Shown here: positions 36,624 to 45,766 of the stretch, one piece after another
Layout: every line of letters begins with the position of its first letter
Numbering within the stretch: position 1 is the first letter of the stretch
NCBI GenBank assembly: GCA_944382895.1
Contig: CALWNV010000001.1
Location: 849-64,848 of the forward strand
DNA length: 64,000 nucleotides
Direction of reading: 5' to 3'
Source: an uncultured Clostridia bacterium
GTDB taxonomy: Bacteria > Bacillota > Clostridia > Oscillospirales > UBA644
Translations under genes and position numbers: made by a program
The notes under the pieces: model-generated
The model's input: only the letters and a program-made list of their open reading frames with translations
The model's database searches: none
What the model was told of the DNA's origin: nothing

Positions 36624-38603
36624 TTATTTTAACCGCGAATACTTTGTTTCTACTCTGAGTGCGTCGAACTCCCGACCTCCGCTTTCGTAAAATTTGGAAA
36701 AAAACTCTATAAACTGAAGCCTGGACGAGTGAACATAAGCGCTCAACGTGCTCAGCGCAATATTCAAAGCCGTTCCCAAAGCAAAAACAACAACAAAAAC
36801 AATTGCACCTACTATCCCGCCGCCGAACAGAACCGCAAGATAGTTAAAAACCATTGCTATAACGCTTGTTGAAAGACCCAATGCCAATATTCTTGAATAA
36901 GATAAAACGTCCGAAAGATATCCCGTTATATCATAAAGACTCATTATTCCCCCAAACAATTTCGCAACAGGAGTTTTTTTATCGCGCCCCTGCGTCAAAA
37001 CAAGACCGATCGCGCCTATAAGAGCCGCATACATACCGATCTTACCTATAAGAGGATACTCCGACATCACAACTGAGCCGACAGCGAACAAAACAAGACC
37101 AATCAATGTTAACAGCCAAAAACCTATATCAAAAAAAGCCGCCGCGTACTTTTTATCGCGAATAAGCATAAACATTTTCATACACATACCGACAATAACA
37201 TGAAAAAAACCTATGCCGAAAGAAAGAATCAGAAGTGTGAGAGGTGCTTCCATCGGGTTGAACCAAACAGCTCTAAAGTCCGCAGTTTTATCAAAAAACG
37301 TTCCTGAAAACAATGTTACGACATTTCCGAAAAAACTTCCGAACAAAAAGCCCCATATAATGGTCGATATTCCGCAAAACAAAAACATTTTCAGATTTTG
37401 CTTCATGTTTTTTCCGAAATTACCAAACTTTAGAAGAATCGCGCATGCAAGAGTCAATAAAAACCCATATCCGGCATCACCCATCATCATGCCGAAAAAT
37501 ATAAAGAAAAACGGTGCCATTATAAAATCCGGATCAATCCCTCGGTAAACCGGTAATGCATACATTTTCGTAACCGTTTCAAAAGGCATGACAAACCTAT
37601 TATTTTGAAGAAGAATCGGTGGTTCTTCTTCTTCCGAAGGATCATTTATCTCAAAATAACAATCAAATTTTTCCAAAACCTGTTTCAAGCTGTCCAACTG
37701 GAGAACCGGACACCAGCCATCAAGAAAAAACGTGCTTTCAGTACATAAAAGCCTGTCCCTGATTGAGAAAAGCTTCTCATTGTTGGCAACAATATCACTT
37801 GCCTTTTCAAGCTCCTGAAGCTTTTCAGCATATACGCGGAGTTGATCAATAAGAGCTTTTTCCTCTTCGTCCGCTTGCTCAAGCTGCTCTCTCACAAACA
37901 AAATATTGTCTTCCGCACTTCCGCACATGTCATAAAAAAAAGCCGAAGTCCATCCACGTTCCGAAAGAGCAGACATCAACTTTGACTCAGCAGACTTCAG
38001 ATATAATAAAGCTACATAATATTGTTCGCTGTCACTCTTTAACAGTTCAGCGTAACATTCAGGGACAGCTTCATAAAGCAAAGAGGTCTCTTTCTCAAAA
38101 TCCGTTACCGCCGGAAATGTTCCCAATTCAACATCCACATGAGAAGATATCTGAGCATTAAGATCAAACGGATATGCCTGCCACGGCAATAACGCCTGCA
38201 TCAAAGATCTGTTTTTGTTTTTCCTGGTTTTTATTTCATTAAGTTTTGTTTGGATATCAAGAACAGAATACGCCGTATACATAATGTCACGGTTATTTTT
38301 CTCAAACTCATCAAAATCTTTTCTGGAAATACTCCCAGGTTTAGTAAAAACAGAGTGTTTCTCTGTTCTGTATGGATTTAATATTGATATGGCTTTGTCG
38401 ATATCATCTTTTGCCTTTCGATATTTTTCTCCGTTTTCATCGTTGCTGTCTTTTCTGAACAATACGCTCCATTTCTCATCTTCCAGCCTTTCGGAAAGAG
38501 GCGTGATATCAACGGAAGACAACCACATAAGCTCTTCCAATATACGTTTTTTATCTTTTTTTTCGGCAATAAGGGAAACCCTTTTCATTTTTACAATTGC
38601 CAT
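36624..38603 (-). CDS. ntpI: V-type ATP synthase subunit I (V0 a subunit)
   Basis: 659 aa with a cytoplasmic coiled N-terminal half and a C-terminal polytopic half containing SYSRILALGL (the conserved Arg helix). Confidence 0.9.
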   Translation of the reverse strand: MAIVKMKRVSLIAEKKDKKRILEELMWLSSVDITPLSERLEDEKWSVLFRKDSNDENGEKYRKAKDDIDKAISILNPYRTEKHSVFTKPGSISRKDFDEFEKNNRDIMYTAYSVLDIQTKLNEIKTRKNKNRSLMQALLPWQAYPFDLNAQISSHVDVELGTFPAVTDFEKETSLLYEAVPECYAELLKSDSEQYYVALLYLKSAESKLMSALSERGWTSAFFYDMCGSAEDNILFVREQLEQADEEEKALIDQLRVYAEKLQELEKASDIVANNEKLFSIRDRLLCTESTFFLDGWCPVLQLDSLKQVLEKFDCYFEINDPSEEEEPPILLQNNRFVMPFETVTKMYALPVYRGIDPDFIMAPFFFIFFGMMMGDAGYGFLLTLACAILLKFGNFGKNMKQNLKMFLFCGISTIIWGFLFGSFFGNVVTLFSGTFFDKTADFRAVWFNPMEAPLTLLILSFGIGFFHVIVGMCMKMFMLIRDKKYAAAFFDIGFWLLTLIGLVLFAVGSVVMSEYPLIGKIGMYAALIGAIGLVLTQGRDKKTPVAKLFGGIMSLYDITGYLSDVLSYSRILALGLSTSVIAMVFNYLAVLFGGGIVGAIVFVVVFALGTALNIALSTLSAYVHSSRLQFIEFFSKFYESGGREFDALRVETKYSRLK

Positions 38604-38622
38604 TTCTGTACCTCTTTTATTT

Positions 38623-38943
38623 TTACTCCGGCAAGCCAGTAATCTTTTTTACGGCGTATTTTACCGCTTCAGTTACCCTCGTTCTGGCTTTTTCCTGGAA
38701 GTCTTCACTTTCTTTCCGTTGTGCCAATGCACTTTTACGTAAAATAAGAGCACTTTCGGCATCAGCATTTTTTTTGATCCTTTCCGCTTCTGCATCAGCT
38801 TCTTTTTCTATATCATCAGCACGCGAAGCCGCTTTTTGCACAGCCTGCGCGGCAATCTTTTTTGCATCTGCATAAGCTTTTGCTTTTATAGCCGCGGCAT
38901 CTTTCTCCGCCTGTTTGATTTTTTCAACTGCTTCAAATGCCAC
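38623..38943 (-). CDS. V-type ATP synthase peripheral-stalk subunit (G/H-like; NtpF equivalent)
   Basis: 106-aa Ala/Lys/Glu-rich helix. It is the first gene of the operon, with a GTG start after RBS GGAGGTGG. Confidence 0.7.
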   Translation of the reverse strand: MAFEAVEKIKQAEKDAAAIKAKAYADAKKIAAQAVQKAASRADDIEKEADAEAERIKKNADAESALILRKSALAQRKESEDFQEKARTRVTEAVKYAVKKITGLPE

Positions 38944-38974
38944 AAAACCACCTCCGGTTTTCCATCTTTTATTA

Positions 38975-39003
38975 AGTATACCAAATTTTATCTTTTATTT
39001 CAA
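38975..39003 (-). promoter_or_regulatory. Sigma-A promoter of the V-ATPase operon
   Basis: The minus strand reads TTGAAA (39003-38998), 17-nt spacer, TATACT (38980-38975). Confidence 0.5.
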
Positions 39004-39041
39004 GAGCAACTAAATCATTAATAAAGTTCTTTAGGAAAAAA

Positions 39042-39069
39042 GTCACAGTTTAATCCCTATTCATATAAT
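39042..39069 (+). promoter_or_regulatory. Candidate promoter of dpaAB (possibly a mother-cell sigma-K/E type)
   Basis: GTCACA ... CATATAAT. This resembles the AC-16/17-CATAnnnTA pattern but the spacing and match are imperfect. In B. subtilis spoVF is sigma-K dependent. Confidence 0.3.
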
Positions 39070-39097
39070 GTAAAGGTGAAAGGTAGGTTTTTATTAT

Positions 39098-39964
39098 ATG
39101 TCCGACAAAACAATTTTCTCCGTCATTGGGGGAGACTTACGACAAATCCAAGTTGCAAAAAGTCTGTTACTGGAAGGATTTCAGGTAAAAATCTTTGGTT
39201 TTGAAAACTACACTGGGCAAGATCTTTTTATTTCTTGTGAAAAAACACTTGAAAAAGCTCTTGCCGGCGCGAAATACATTATCCTTCCGTTGCCATGCAC
39301 ACAGGACTCTCTGACCCTGAACGCTCCTTTTTCGGAAAAAGAGATAAAAATTGAAAAAATATATAAAAAAACAGAACAGGGAGCTATTATCCTTGGAGGA
39401 AGAATTCCTCTTCCCGTCTCTCTTCGTAAAGGAATAAAAATAATCGATTATTTTGAAAGAGAAGAACTTCAGGTGCTTAACGCCATCCCAACCGCAGAAG
39501 GGGCGTTGCAAACTGCAATGGAAGAATTTCCGGGAACTATTCACAATTCAGATTGTCTTGTAGTAGGATACGGACGAATAGGCAAAGTACTATCATCAAA
39601 ACTCTCCGGACTGGACGCTCATGTAAGCGTCAGCGCAAGAAAATACAGTGATATAGCCTGGATCTCTGCAAACGGACATACGCCCTGCCACACCGACAAA
39701 ATCTCTGAAATCATCGGCCGCTTTGATATAATTTTCAATACAGTTCCTGCGCCGGTAATAGGGGAAAAGGAACTTGCTGCGGCAAAGCCCGGCGCTCTGT
39801 TTATCGATCTTGCATCAAAGCCGGGGGGGATTGATTTTGAAGCAGCCCGATCTCTGGGCATTTCGACGGTCTGGTCTCTTTCCCTGCCGGGCAAAGTTGC
39901 GCCTATTGCGGCAGGAGAAATTATCAAACAGACTGTACTCAATATCATAACACAGGAAAAATAG
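39098..39964 (+). CDS. dpaA: Dipicolinate synthase subunit A (SpoVFA)
   Basis: VIGGDLRQ, NAIPTAEGAL, VVGYGRIGK, DLASKPGGIDF..LPGKVAP. Colinear with B. subtilis SpoVFA. Confidence 0.9.
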   Translation: MSDKTIFSVIGGDLRQIQVAKSLLLEGFQVKIFGFENYTGQDLFISCEKTLEKALAGAKYIILPLPCTQDSLTLNAPFSEKEIKIEKIYKKTEQGAIILGGRIPLPVSLRKGIKIIDYFEREELQVLNAIPTAEGALQTAMEEFPGTIHNSDCLVVGYGRIGKVLSSKLSGLDAHVSVSARKYSDIAWISANGHTPCHTDKISEIIGRFDIIFNTVPAPVIGEKELAAAKPGALFIDLASKPGGIDFEAARSLGISTVWSLSLPGKVAPIAAGEIIKQTVLNIITQEK

Positions 39965-39975
39965 GAAGGAAAAAC

Positions 39976-40548
39976 ATGGAAGCTCTTAAAATAGGATTTG
40001 CAATGTGCGGATCGTTTTGTACGTTTGAAAGAGTTGTAAAACAAATAAAAAAGCTGAAGGATTTAGGTTATGATCTATTGCCGATAATGTCTTGTTCCGC
40101 ATATACAACAGATACTCGATTCGGAAAAGCGGAAACATTTATTAAAAGAATAGAAAATATCTGCGAAGCGTCTGTTTTACATACGCTTACCCAGGTAGAG
40201 CCGTTTGGTCCCAAAGCAATCCTTGACGCGCTCATAGTCGCACCATGTACAGGAAACACGACGGCAAAAATAGCAAACGGGATCTCAGATACGCCGGTTT
40301 CACTGGCAGTAAAAGCCCATCTGCGAAATGAACGGCCCGTAATAATTGCCGTATCGTCAAACGACGCGCTTTCCGCAAATGCTCAAAATATAGGAAAACT
40401 GCTCAATACAAGAAATATTTTTTTCGTCCCGTTTGAACAGGATGACGCTGAAAAAAAACCGCGCAGTATAGTAGCGGTCATGGAACAAATACCTCAAACA
40501 CTGGACCTGGCTCTTAAAGGAAACCAAATCCAGCCCATTCTTCTTTGA
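39976..40548 (+). CDS. dpaB: Dipicolinate synthase subunit B (SpoVFB, flavoprotein)
   Basis: IGFAMCGSFCTF, APCTGNTTAKIANGISDTPV, NIFFVPFEQDD. Confidence 0.9.
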   Translation: MEALKIGFAMCGSFCTFERVVKQIKKLKDLGYDLLPIMSCSAYTTDTRFGKAETFIKRIENICEASVLHTLTQVEPFGPKAILDALIVAPCTGNTTAKIANGISDTPVSLAVKAHLRNERPVIIAVSSNDALSANAQNIGKLLNTRNIFFVPFEQDDAEKKPRSIVAVMEQIPQTLDLALKGNQIQPILL

Positions 40549-40700
40549 GACATTAAACATCCGTTTCACCCAGCATAAAATAATAAAAAAAGTTTTAATA
40601 GAAAACATTAAATTCTTCAAAAAAAGAATGTCCTAAAACTTAAAACTTTTTGCTTTCTTATATTTTTTAATACAAAATCCTCTTATAATTCAACATATTA

Positions 40701-40730
40701 ACGGCGGGGAAATTTCCCCGCCGTTTTTTT
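40701..40730. terminator. Rho-independent terminator between convergent dpaB and the flippase gene
   Basis: Perfect palindrome ACGGCGGGGAAA/TTTCCCCGCCGT followed by T7. Confidence 0.8.
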
Positions 40731-40762
40731 GAAATAAACATAAAATACTTTCAGATCTTAGA

Positions 40763-42283
40763 TTATTCTTCTTTTCCAAACAAAAGCCTGACCGAACGTC
40801 TTACCTGTTTCTTTAAAAAAATGAAAACAACAGCCATTCCGATCGAAATAGAAATTACACACCGAACAATGTTTACAACAAAACTGTTCCACTCAAACTT
40901 TCCGAAAACATCAAAAAAATCCATAGCTATACATGGCAAAACCGTACAGACAACCGGCATCCAGCTTACTTTGAGCATCTGAAGCACAGATGTTTTCATG
41001 TTTATCGCAAGAACAATTATCAGAATCAACGAATATACTAAATACGACAATGATGTACCGTAGCCAACAAGATTTATATCAGAATTCGTCCCTTGCCGGA
41101 AAGCCGCAACAAAAGACACCGAAAACAAAATATTCAGAACACATATCGAACATGTAAAAATCAATAATTTTGTGTTCCATTTAAGCAAACACATCAAATT
41201 ACTGAAAAGCATCGATGTTGCATAAAAAGCAACTCCTATCACTATTATCTGAGCAGACTCGATACTCTCACCATATTTGGGCAAAACTGTCTCAATAAAA
41301 GCAGGTAAAAAGAAATACGCGACAACAGACGCGATACTTGTCAGAAAGCTTATTATCATCGTATAGTCTTTCGCGTATCGCAAAAGGACTTCTTTACTTT
41401 TTGTTTCTCCGTATTTATGTGACATTTTTATATAGAAAACCTGCGTAAAAGAATGCGGGATAAGTACCATTGTGGAGAATCCAAGCAGCGCGGTAGAATA
41501 AAATCCAAGCTTCTCTTCCCAGTTCGACATCATAAACATTATAACAAACCGGTCTACTGAAGAAACAAGTGTCCATACAAACCCGTTTATAAGTAATGGC
41601 AATCCGGACAAAATCATTTTTCCGATTATTTTTGAATCAAATTCAAAACGCATTGATGCAATAGTTTTTATATACATAAGAAGAGCGACTACATGAGAAA
41701 CGACAGCTCCGACATAAATTCCATAATATTGTGTATTCTGAGGTGAACGAAGAAGATAAACAGCCATAAGACCTGTACTTAACAAAACAAGAGCTTTTAC
41801 AATATTAACAATTGCCGAATATCCAAACTGGGACTCCATTCTTACCGTTATATCAAAAAAAGAAAAGGCGGTTGACATAAGCCCTAAGCCCGCTATAATA
41901 AACAACCCTACAGCCATCATCGTATTAAAACAGCCTGTCAACCAAAGAGGAAGGACTACAAAACAAAGAATCGCGCCGGCAACTGAATAAACTATTATAA
42001 AATATGTAAAAACAACGTTTTTCATATGTTTGGCGTTTTCAGTCTCTCTCGCGCCAAGAAGCTGCGGATAATCGCGATTATACGAATTCAAGACACCAAA
42101 CTGAAGATACCCGGAATAATTCAAAACCATCGCACATGCCGAATATATCCCGTATTCTGTAGGCTCTACGACTCTTTTTGTCAAGAGATTGTACAAAAAT
42201 GTAATCATCGTACACAAAATTGTACTGAATGAAATATACGCAAAATCCAGTTTCTTCCCTTTAAATCTGATATTTTTCAACAT
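40763..42283 (-). CDS. MOP-superfamily polysaccharide/oligosaccharide flippase (Wzx-like)
   Basis: About 14 TM helices, in a polysaccharide biosynthesis protein-like layout. RBS AAGGA lies before the ATG at 42283 (the ORF track uses TTG 42316). Confidence 0.7.
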   Translation of the reverse strand: MLKNIRFKGKKLDFAYISFSTILCTMITFLYNLLTKRVVEPTEYGIYSACAMVLNYSGYLQFGVLNSYNRDYPQLLGARETENAKHMKNVVFTYFIIVYSVAGAILCFVVLPLWLTGCFNTMMAVGLFIIAGLGLMSTAFSFFDITVRMESQFGYSAIVNIVKALVLLSTGLMAVYLLRSPQNTQYYGIYVGAVVSHVVALLMYIKTIASMRFEFDSKIIGKMILSGLPLLINGFVWTLVSSVDRFVIMFMMSNWEEKLGFYSTALLGFSTMVLIPHSFTQVFYIKMSHKYGETKSKEVLLRYAKDYTMIISFLTSIASVVAYFFLPAFIETVLPKYGESIESAQIIVIGVAFYATSMLFSNLMCLLKWNTKLLIFTCSICVLNILFSVSFVAAFRQGTNSDINLVGYGTSLSYLVYSLILIIVLAINMKTSVLQMLKVSWMPVVCTVLPCIAMDFFDVFGKFEWNSFVVNIVRCVISISIGMAVVFIFLKKQVRRSVRLLFGKEE

Positions 42284-42348
42284 TTTTTTCCTTTCGCAAC
42301 AAAGTCTTTTACTCAAACTTTAGACTTTTGTAATTCAAAATAAAAAAT

Positions 42349-43881
42349 TCAGGGTTCAACTCTCCACTCATCTATGTTAAAAAATAAATTATTTTCCGAT
42401 GGAGCAAAAAGACCTTTTACCGAACGATTCAATGCCAAAGCTCCTTTTGTATAATAAAGAGGAATAAAAGGCATCTCAGAAGAAAAAACCGACATGAATT
42501 CCAACATGTCAATTTTCCCTTCATTAAACAGAACAACAGCTTCTTTCATCTCCGGAGAAAATTCCACGCCCAGAGCAGATTCTACAGAAAAAACATCCAT
42601 GTTCGGCGGCATTTTTATTTCCGCAATATATATATCATAATTTCCCTCTTCTACGGCGACAAGATATTTTTCCCACGGCAAAGTCTCGACAATTGCATCA
42701 AATCCGAATTCATTAAGCTGCTCGGCAATTTTCATTGCAACTTCAACCTTAGAAAAACTGTCGTTATTTACTATAATCCTTATTTTAACAGGTTCGCCGA
42801 ACCACTCAAGAACCCCGTTATTTACATAAAGTCGCGCATTATAAAAAGAGGTCCGAGCAAGATCCTCAGAATAAATATCATCATTAAGCTGCGCTAAAAC
42901 CGTTTTCTCCCATGCCGGATTAAACGGAAACCATACGGCAGAGACCTCTCCGCCAAAAACATCTGACGCAATTTCACTCCTGTTTATCGCATAAGTTATT
43001 CCGCGCGAAACTTCTGCACGGTTGGAAAAAAAACGTGAAGTAGGGTTTATATAAGCAAAAACAAAATTATTTGTAGTAAAGGAAGAAAGCTCTGTATTCC
43101 CGCGATATTTTTCTTTTCCCAGAGAAATATCCGCATACATTGCATGAACCGAACCGTAATTAAAAGCGTACAGCATCTCTTCCTGCGTTTCATATTTAAT
43201 AATATCAATTTTCTCCGCCGAAGAAATATCTTTCAACAAAAAGTATACATTAGGATAAAGAGAAAAACCATCTGAACCGTCAGAAGAGGGGGAAAGTTTT
43301 AAAACATACGCCCCGGCGCCGACAGATCCGTCCGTTTCGGATTTGACTATAGGGATATCAAGAAGATTGACATTATTTGCCGACACAGTTGAAAACTCCA
43401 CCAAAAACTGTTTTTCCGATACTGCGGAATATGATTGAATATATGAAAATCTTGAAGAAAAAACAGAGGAGTCTTCTTTTGCTTTGTCAAATGAAGAAAC
43501 ACAATCCGCCGCCGTTACGGGCGAACCGTCAGAAAAAAAAGCCTGTCCGGAAATAGAGATCGTAATCATGTTTCCGGAAAAAGAAAATTCTTCTGCCAGA
43601 AAAGGAACTGCTGTCCATGAGCTGTCAAGCGTAAAAAGTCCGGGATAACAAAGAGAAATTATATTTCTGTTGGTCATGTTTTTTGTAGTATACGGGTCAA
43701 GACTCTCTGCTGAGTACATAGCAACGGAAACAGGAATAACTGCCTCTTTATTATTTCCGGATTCTCCGGATAAAGAAGAGATGTCATCGGATCTGTCACA
43801 CCCAGACAGTACGGAAAATAATATAAAGAGGCACATTAACAAAAGAACCTCTTTATATCTTTTTATTCTTTTACCTGTCAT
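42349..43881 (-). CDS. Family-5 (peptide/nickel type) ABC substrate-binding lipoprotein, with no partner permease or ATPase genes nearby
   Basis: Lipoprotein signal MTGKRIKRYKEVLLLMCLFILFSVLSGC from the internal Met. The size and sequence pattern resemble SBP_bac_5. The family call is from memory only. Confidence 0.6.
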   Translation of the reverse strand: MTGKRIKRYKEVLLLMCLFILFSVLSGCDRSDDISSLSGESGNNKEAVIPVSVAMYSAESLDPYTTKNMTNRNIISLCYPGLFTLDSSWTAVPFLAEEFSFSGNMITISISGQAFFSDGSPVTAADCVSSFDKAKEDSSVFSSRFSYIQSYSAVSEKQFLVEFSTVSANNVNLLDIPIVKSETDGSVGAGAYVLKLSPSSDGSDGFSLYPNVYFLLKDISSAEKIDIIKYETQEEMLYAFNYGSVHAMYADISLGKEKYRGNTELSSFTTNNFVFAYINPTSRFFSNRAEVSRGITYAINRSEIASDVFGGEVSAVWFPFNPAWEKTVLAQLNDDIYSEDLARTSFYNARLYVNNGVLEWFGEPVKIRIIVNNDSFSKVEVAMKIAEQLNEFGFDAIVETLPWEKYLVAVEEGNYDIYIAEIKMPPNMDVFSVESALGVEFSPEMKEAVVLFNEGKIDMLEFMSVFSSEMPFIPLYYTKGALALNRSVKGLFAPSENNLFFNIDEWRVEP

Positions 43882-44386
43882 ATGTTTTTTTCGCCCTGTC
43901 AACAGCGGTAAGAGCGTTTTCAAGATTATGACGGCTTTCATTAAGTACTCCGTCAAGATAATTAATCGTGACCGTACGCATTTTCATTGCGTCGTTTTTT
44001 GCGCGTTCAACTATCTCAGAAGCGCGTTCTCTGGCAACAACCATTATTTCCTGTTCGTTCAAAATAGTATCAGCTTGTGCCCGGGCTCGCTCAACAATAG
44101 CATCAGAACTTTTTTTCGCCTTAACAAGCATCTGTTCCGCCGCTTTTTTTGCGTTATCCATCATAATATCGCTATCTTGTTTGACCTTGTTTATCATAGC
44201 ATCTTTCTTTTCAAGAATCTCTTTCGATTTACGCATTTCTTCAGGAAGATTTTCCTTGATATCGTCCAATATCTCTTTCATTCGCTCAGAATTTATAACA
44301 CATTTTGATTTGGCAAAAGGAACTCTCATCGCCTCCTCAAGCAAATCCTCAAGCTCTTCAAAACTTCTGTAAAAATCATTGCTCAT
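43871..44386 (-). CDS. Hypothetical coiled-coil protein (ATP-synthase-b / V-ATPase-H-like low-complexity helix)
   Basis: 171 aa, Glu/Lys/Ala-rich. It is translationally coupled to coaD (ATGA-type overlap). Confidence 0.5.
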   Translation of the reverse strand: MSNDFYRSFEELEDLLEEAMRVPFAKSKCVINSERMKEILDDIKENLPEEMRKSKEILEKKDAMINKVKQDSDIMMDNAKKAAEQMLVKAKKSSDAIVERARAQADTILNEQEIMVVARERASEIVERAKNDAMKMRTVTINYLDGVLNESRHNLENALTAVDRAKKTYDR

Positions 44387-44880
44387 ACCGGATTCTCCTT
44401 AAACAAAATCTTTGATATATCATCAACTATACAATCCGGAACAATTCCGGAAATATCTCCGCCGTATTTACCAAATTCTCTTACAACTTTTGAACTCACA
44501 TATAAATTTTCGCTTTTGGCAGGAAGAAACACAGTTTCTATCTTCTCTCCCATCATCGCATTTATTCCGGAAAGCTCGGCCTCGTACACATAATCAGCGC
44601 TGTTCCTGACACCTTTCACTACGGCGCAAGCTCCGAGTTTTTTATATTCTTCCGTTACAAGCCCGGAACAACTTATAACCTCTATGTCTTTTCTGCCGAA
44701 AAAAACACGTTTGCAAAAATCAACACGGGTCTTCATATCAAAAATATATTTTTTCTCACTGTTATTACAGACCAGAACATATACAAAGTCAAATAAATGA
44801 GAGGCTCTGTCGATAATATCTATATGCCCGACAGTTATCGGATCGTAACTTCCGGGACAAACCGCTATTTTTTTATTCAT
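44383..44880 (-). CDS. coaD: Phosphopantetheine adenylyltransferase
   Basis: MNKKIAVCPGSYDPITVGHIDII follows RBS GGGAGG. About 165 aa. Confidence 0.9.
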   Translation of the reverse strand: MNKKIAVCPGSYDPITVGHIDIIDRASHLFDFVYVLVCNNSEKKYIFDMKTRVDFCKRVFFGRKDIEVISCSGLVTEEYKKLGACAVVKGVRNSADYVYEAELSGINAMMGEKIETVFLPAKSENLYVSSKVVREFGKYGGDISGIVPDCIVDDISKILFKENPV

Positions 44881-45436
44881 TTTCACGCCTCCCGGCTCTT
44901 GTATAAACCACACACGAAACGCCTGAATACGTATATCGTTTTTTTTGTTTCAAAACACCTGTCTCTTCAGGCTTTTTTTCATCCATTGGACATTCAACAA
45001 CAACGACACAATCTGTCGAAAGAAGAGTCCCTTCGCCTAAATATGCAAGCGCTTTATCTGAAAGACCTGTATTGTACGGAGGATCTATAAATACAACATC
45101 GAATTTGTATGTACATGTATGTCTGAGATATCTTTTATAGTCAGTAAGAATAACCTCACATAAATCCTCTGACTTTGTCCGTTTTATATTCTCTTTTATA
45201 AGCTCTATGCTATCAGGATTATTGTCACAAAAAACCGCATGTTCCGCGCCTCGGCTGAGTGCTTCCAGCCCAAGTTGCCCGCTGCCCGCAAAAAGGTCAA
45301 GAACTCTTCCCTTTATTTCAAACTGTATCGCGCTGAACACAGCCTCTTTGACACGGTCTCCCGTAGGTCGCACGGGCATGTCCTCAGAGGGAGATTTAAG
45401 CTTTGTCCCCCGGGCTTTACCGGCAATAATTCTCAT
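44873..45436 (-). CDS. rsmD: 16S rRNA (guanine966-N2)-methyltransferase RsmD
   Basis: MRIIAGKARG..L..P....RPT.DRVKEA.F, DLFAGSGQLGLEALSRGA, DPPY. Conserved rsmD-coaD synteny. Confidence 0.9.
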   Translation of the reverse strand: MRIIAGKARGTKLKSPSEDMPVRPTGDRVKEAVFSAIQFEIKGRVLDLFAGSGQLGLEALSRGAEHAVFCDNNPDSIELIKENIKRTKSEDLCEVILTDYKRYLRHTCTYKFDVVFIDPPYNTGLSDKALAYLGEGTLLSTDCVVVVECPMDEKKPEETGVLKQKKRYTYSGVSCVVYTRAGRRENE

Positions 45437-45535
45437 TTTTTATCTTTCCCCTATTAGCTATGCCCTAATAAAACAATGTCTTTACATAATCCGCGAAAAC
45501 AAATTTTCCGTTCCGCCTTCTGTAATTCTTTGCTT

Positions 45536-45564
45536 ATTATAGCATGTTTCATCCTGAATGTCAA
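45536..45564 (-). promoter_or_regulatory. Perfect-consensus sigma-A promoter of the rsmD-coaD operon
   Basis: The minus strand reads TTGACA (45564-45559), 17-nt spacer, TATAAT (45541-45536). Confidence 0.6.
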
Positions 45565-45569
45565 CCTCT

Positions 45570-45764
45570 TTACTTTTTATAAAGATAATACATAAGAAGC
45601 CCTGAAACAACTATGACCAAAACACAGAAGATCAAACAAAGCCATTTGAATATATCGTTATTTATAAACGCCATAGCGTCATTCACAAACATATCTATGA
45701 TAAGCAAAACAATAAACATCAGAGATATGGCAACCGTAATATGCGGGAGAAGTTTTTTGAACAT
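45570..45764 (-). CDS. Hypothetical small membrane protein (64 aa, 2 TM helices)
   Basis: It lies 3 nt downstream of the preceding gene and has two hydrophobic helices. Confidence 0.5.
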   Translation of the reverse strand: MFKKLLPHITVAISLMFIVLLIIDMFVNDAMAFINNDIFKWLCLIFCVLVIVVSGLLMYYLYKK

Positions 45765-45766
45765 TT

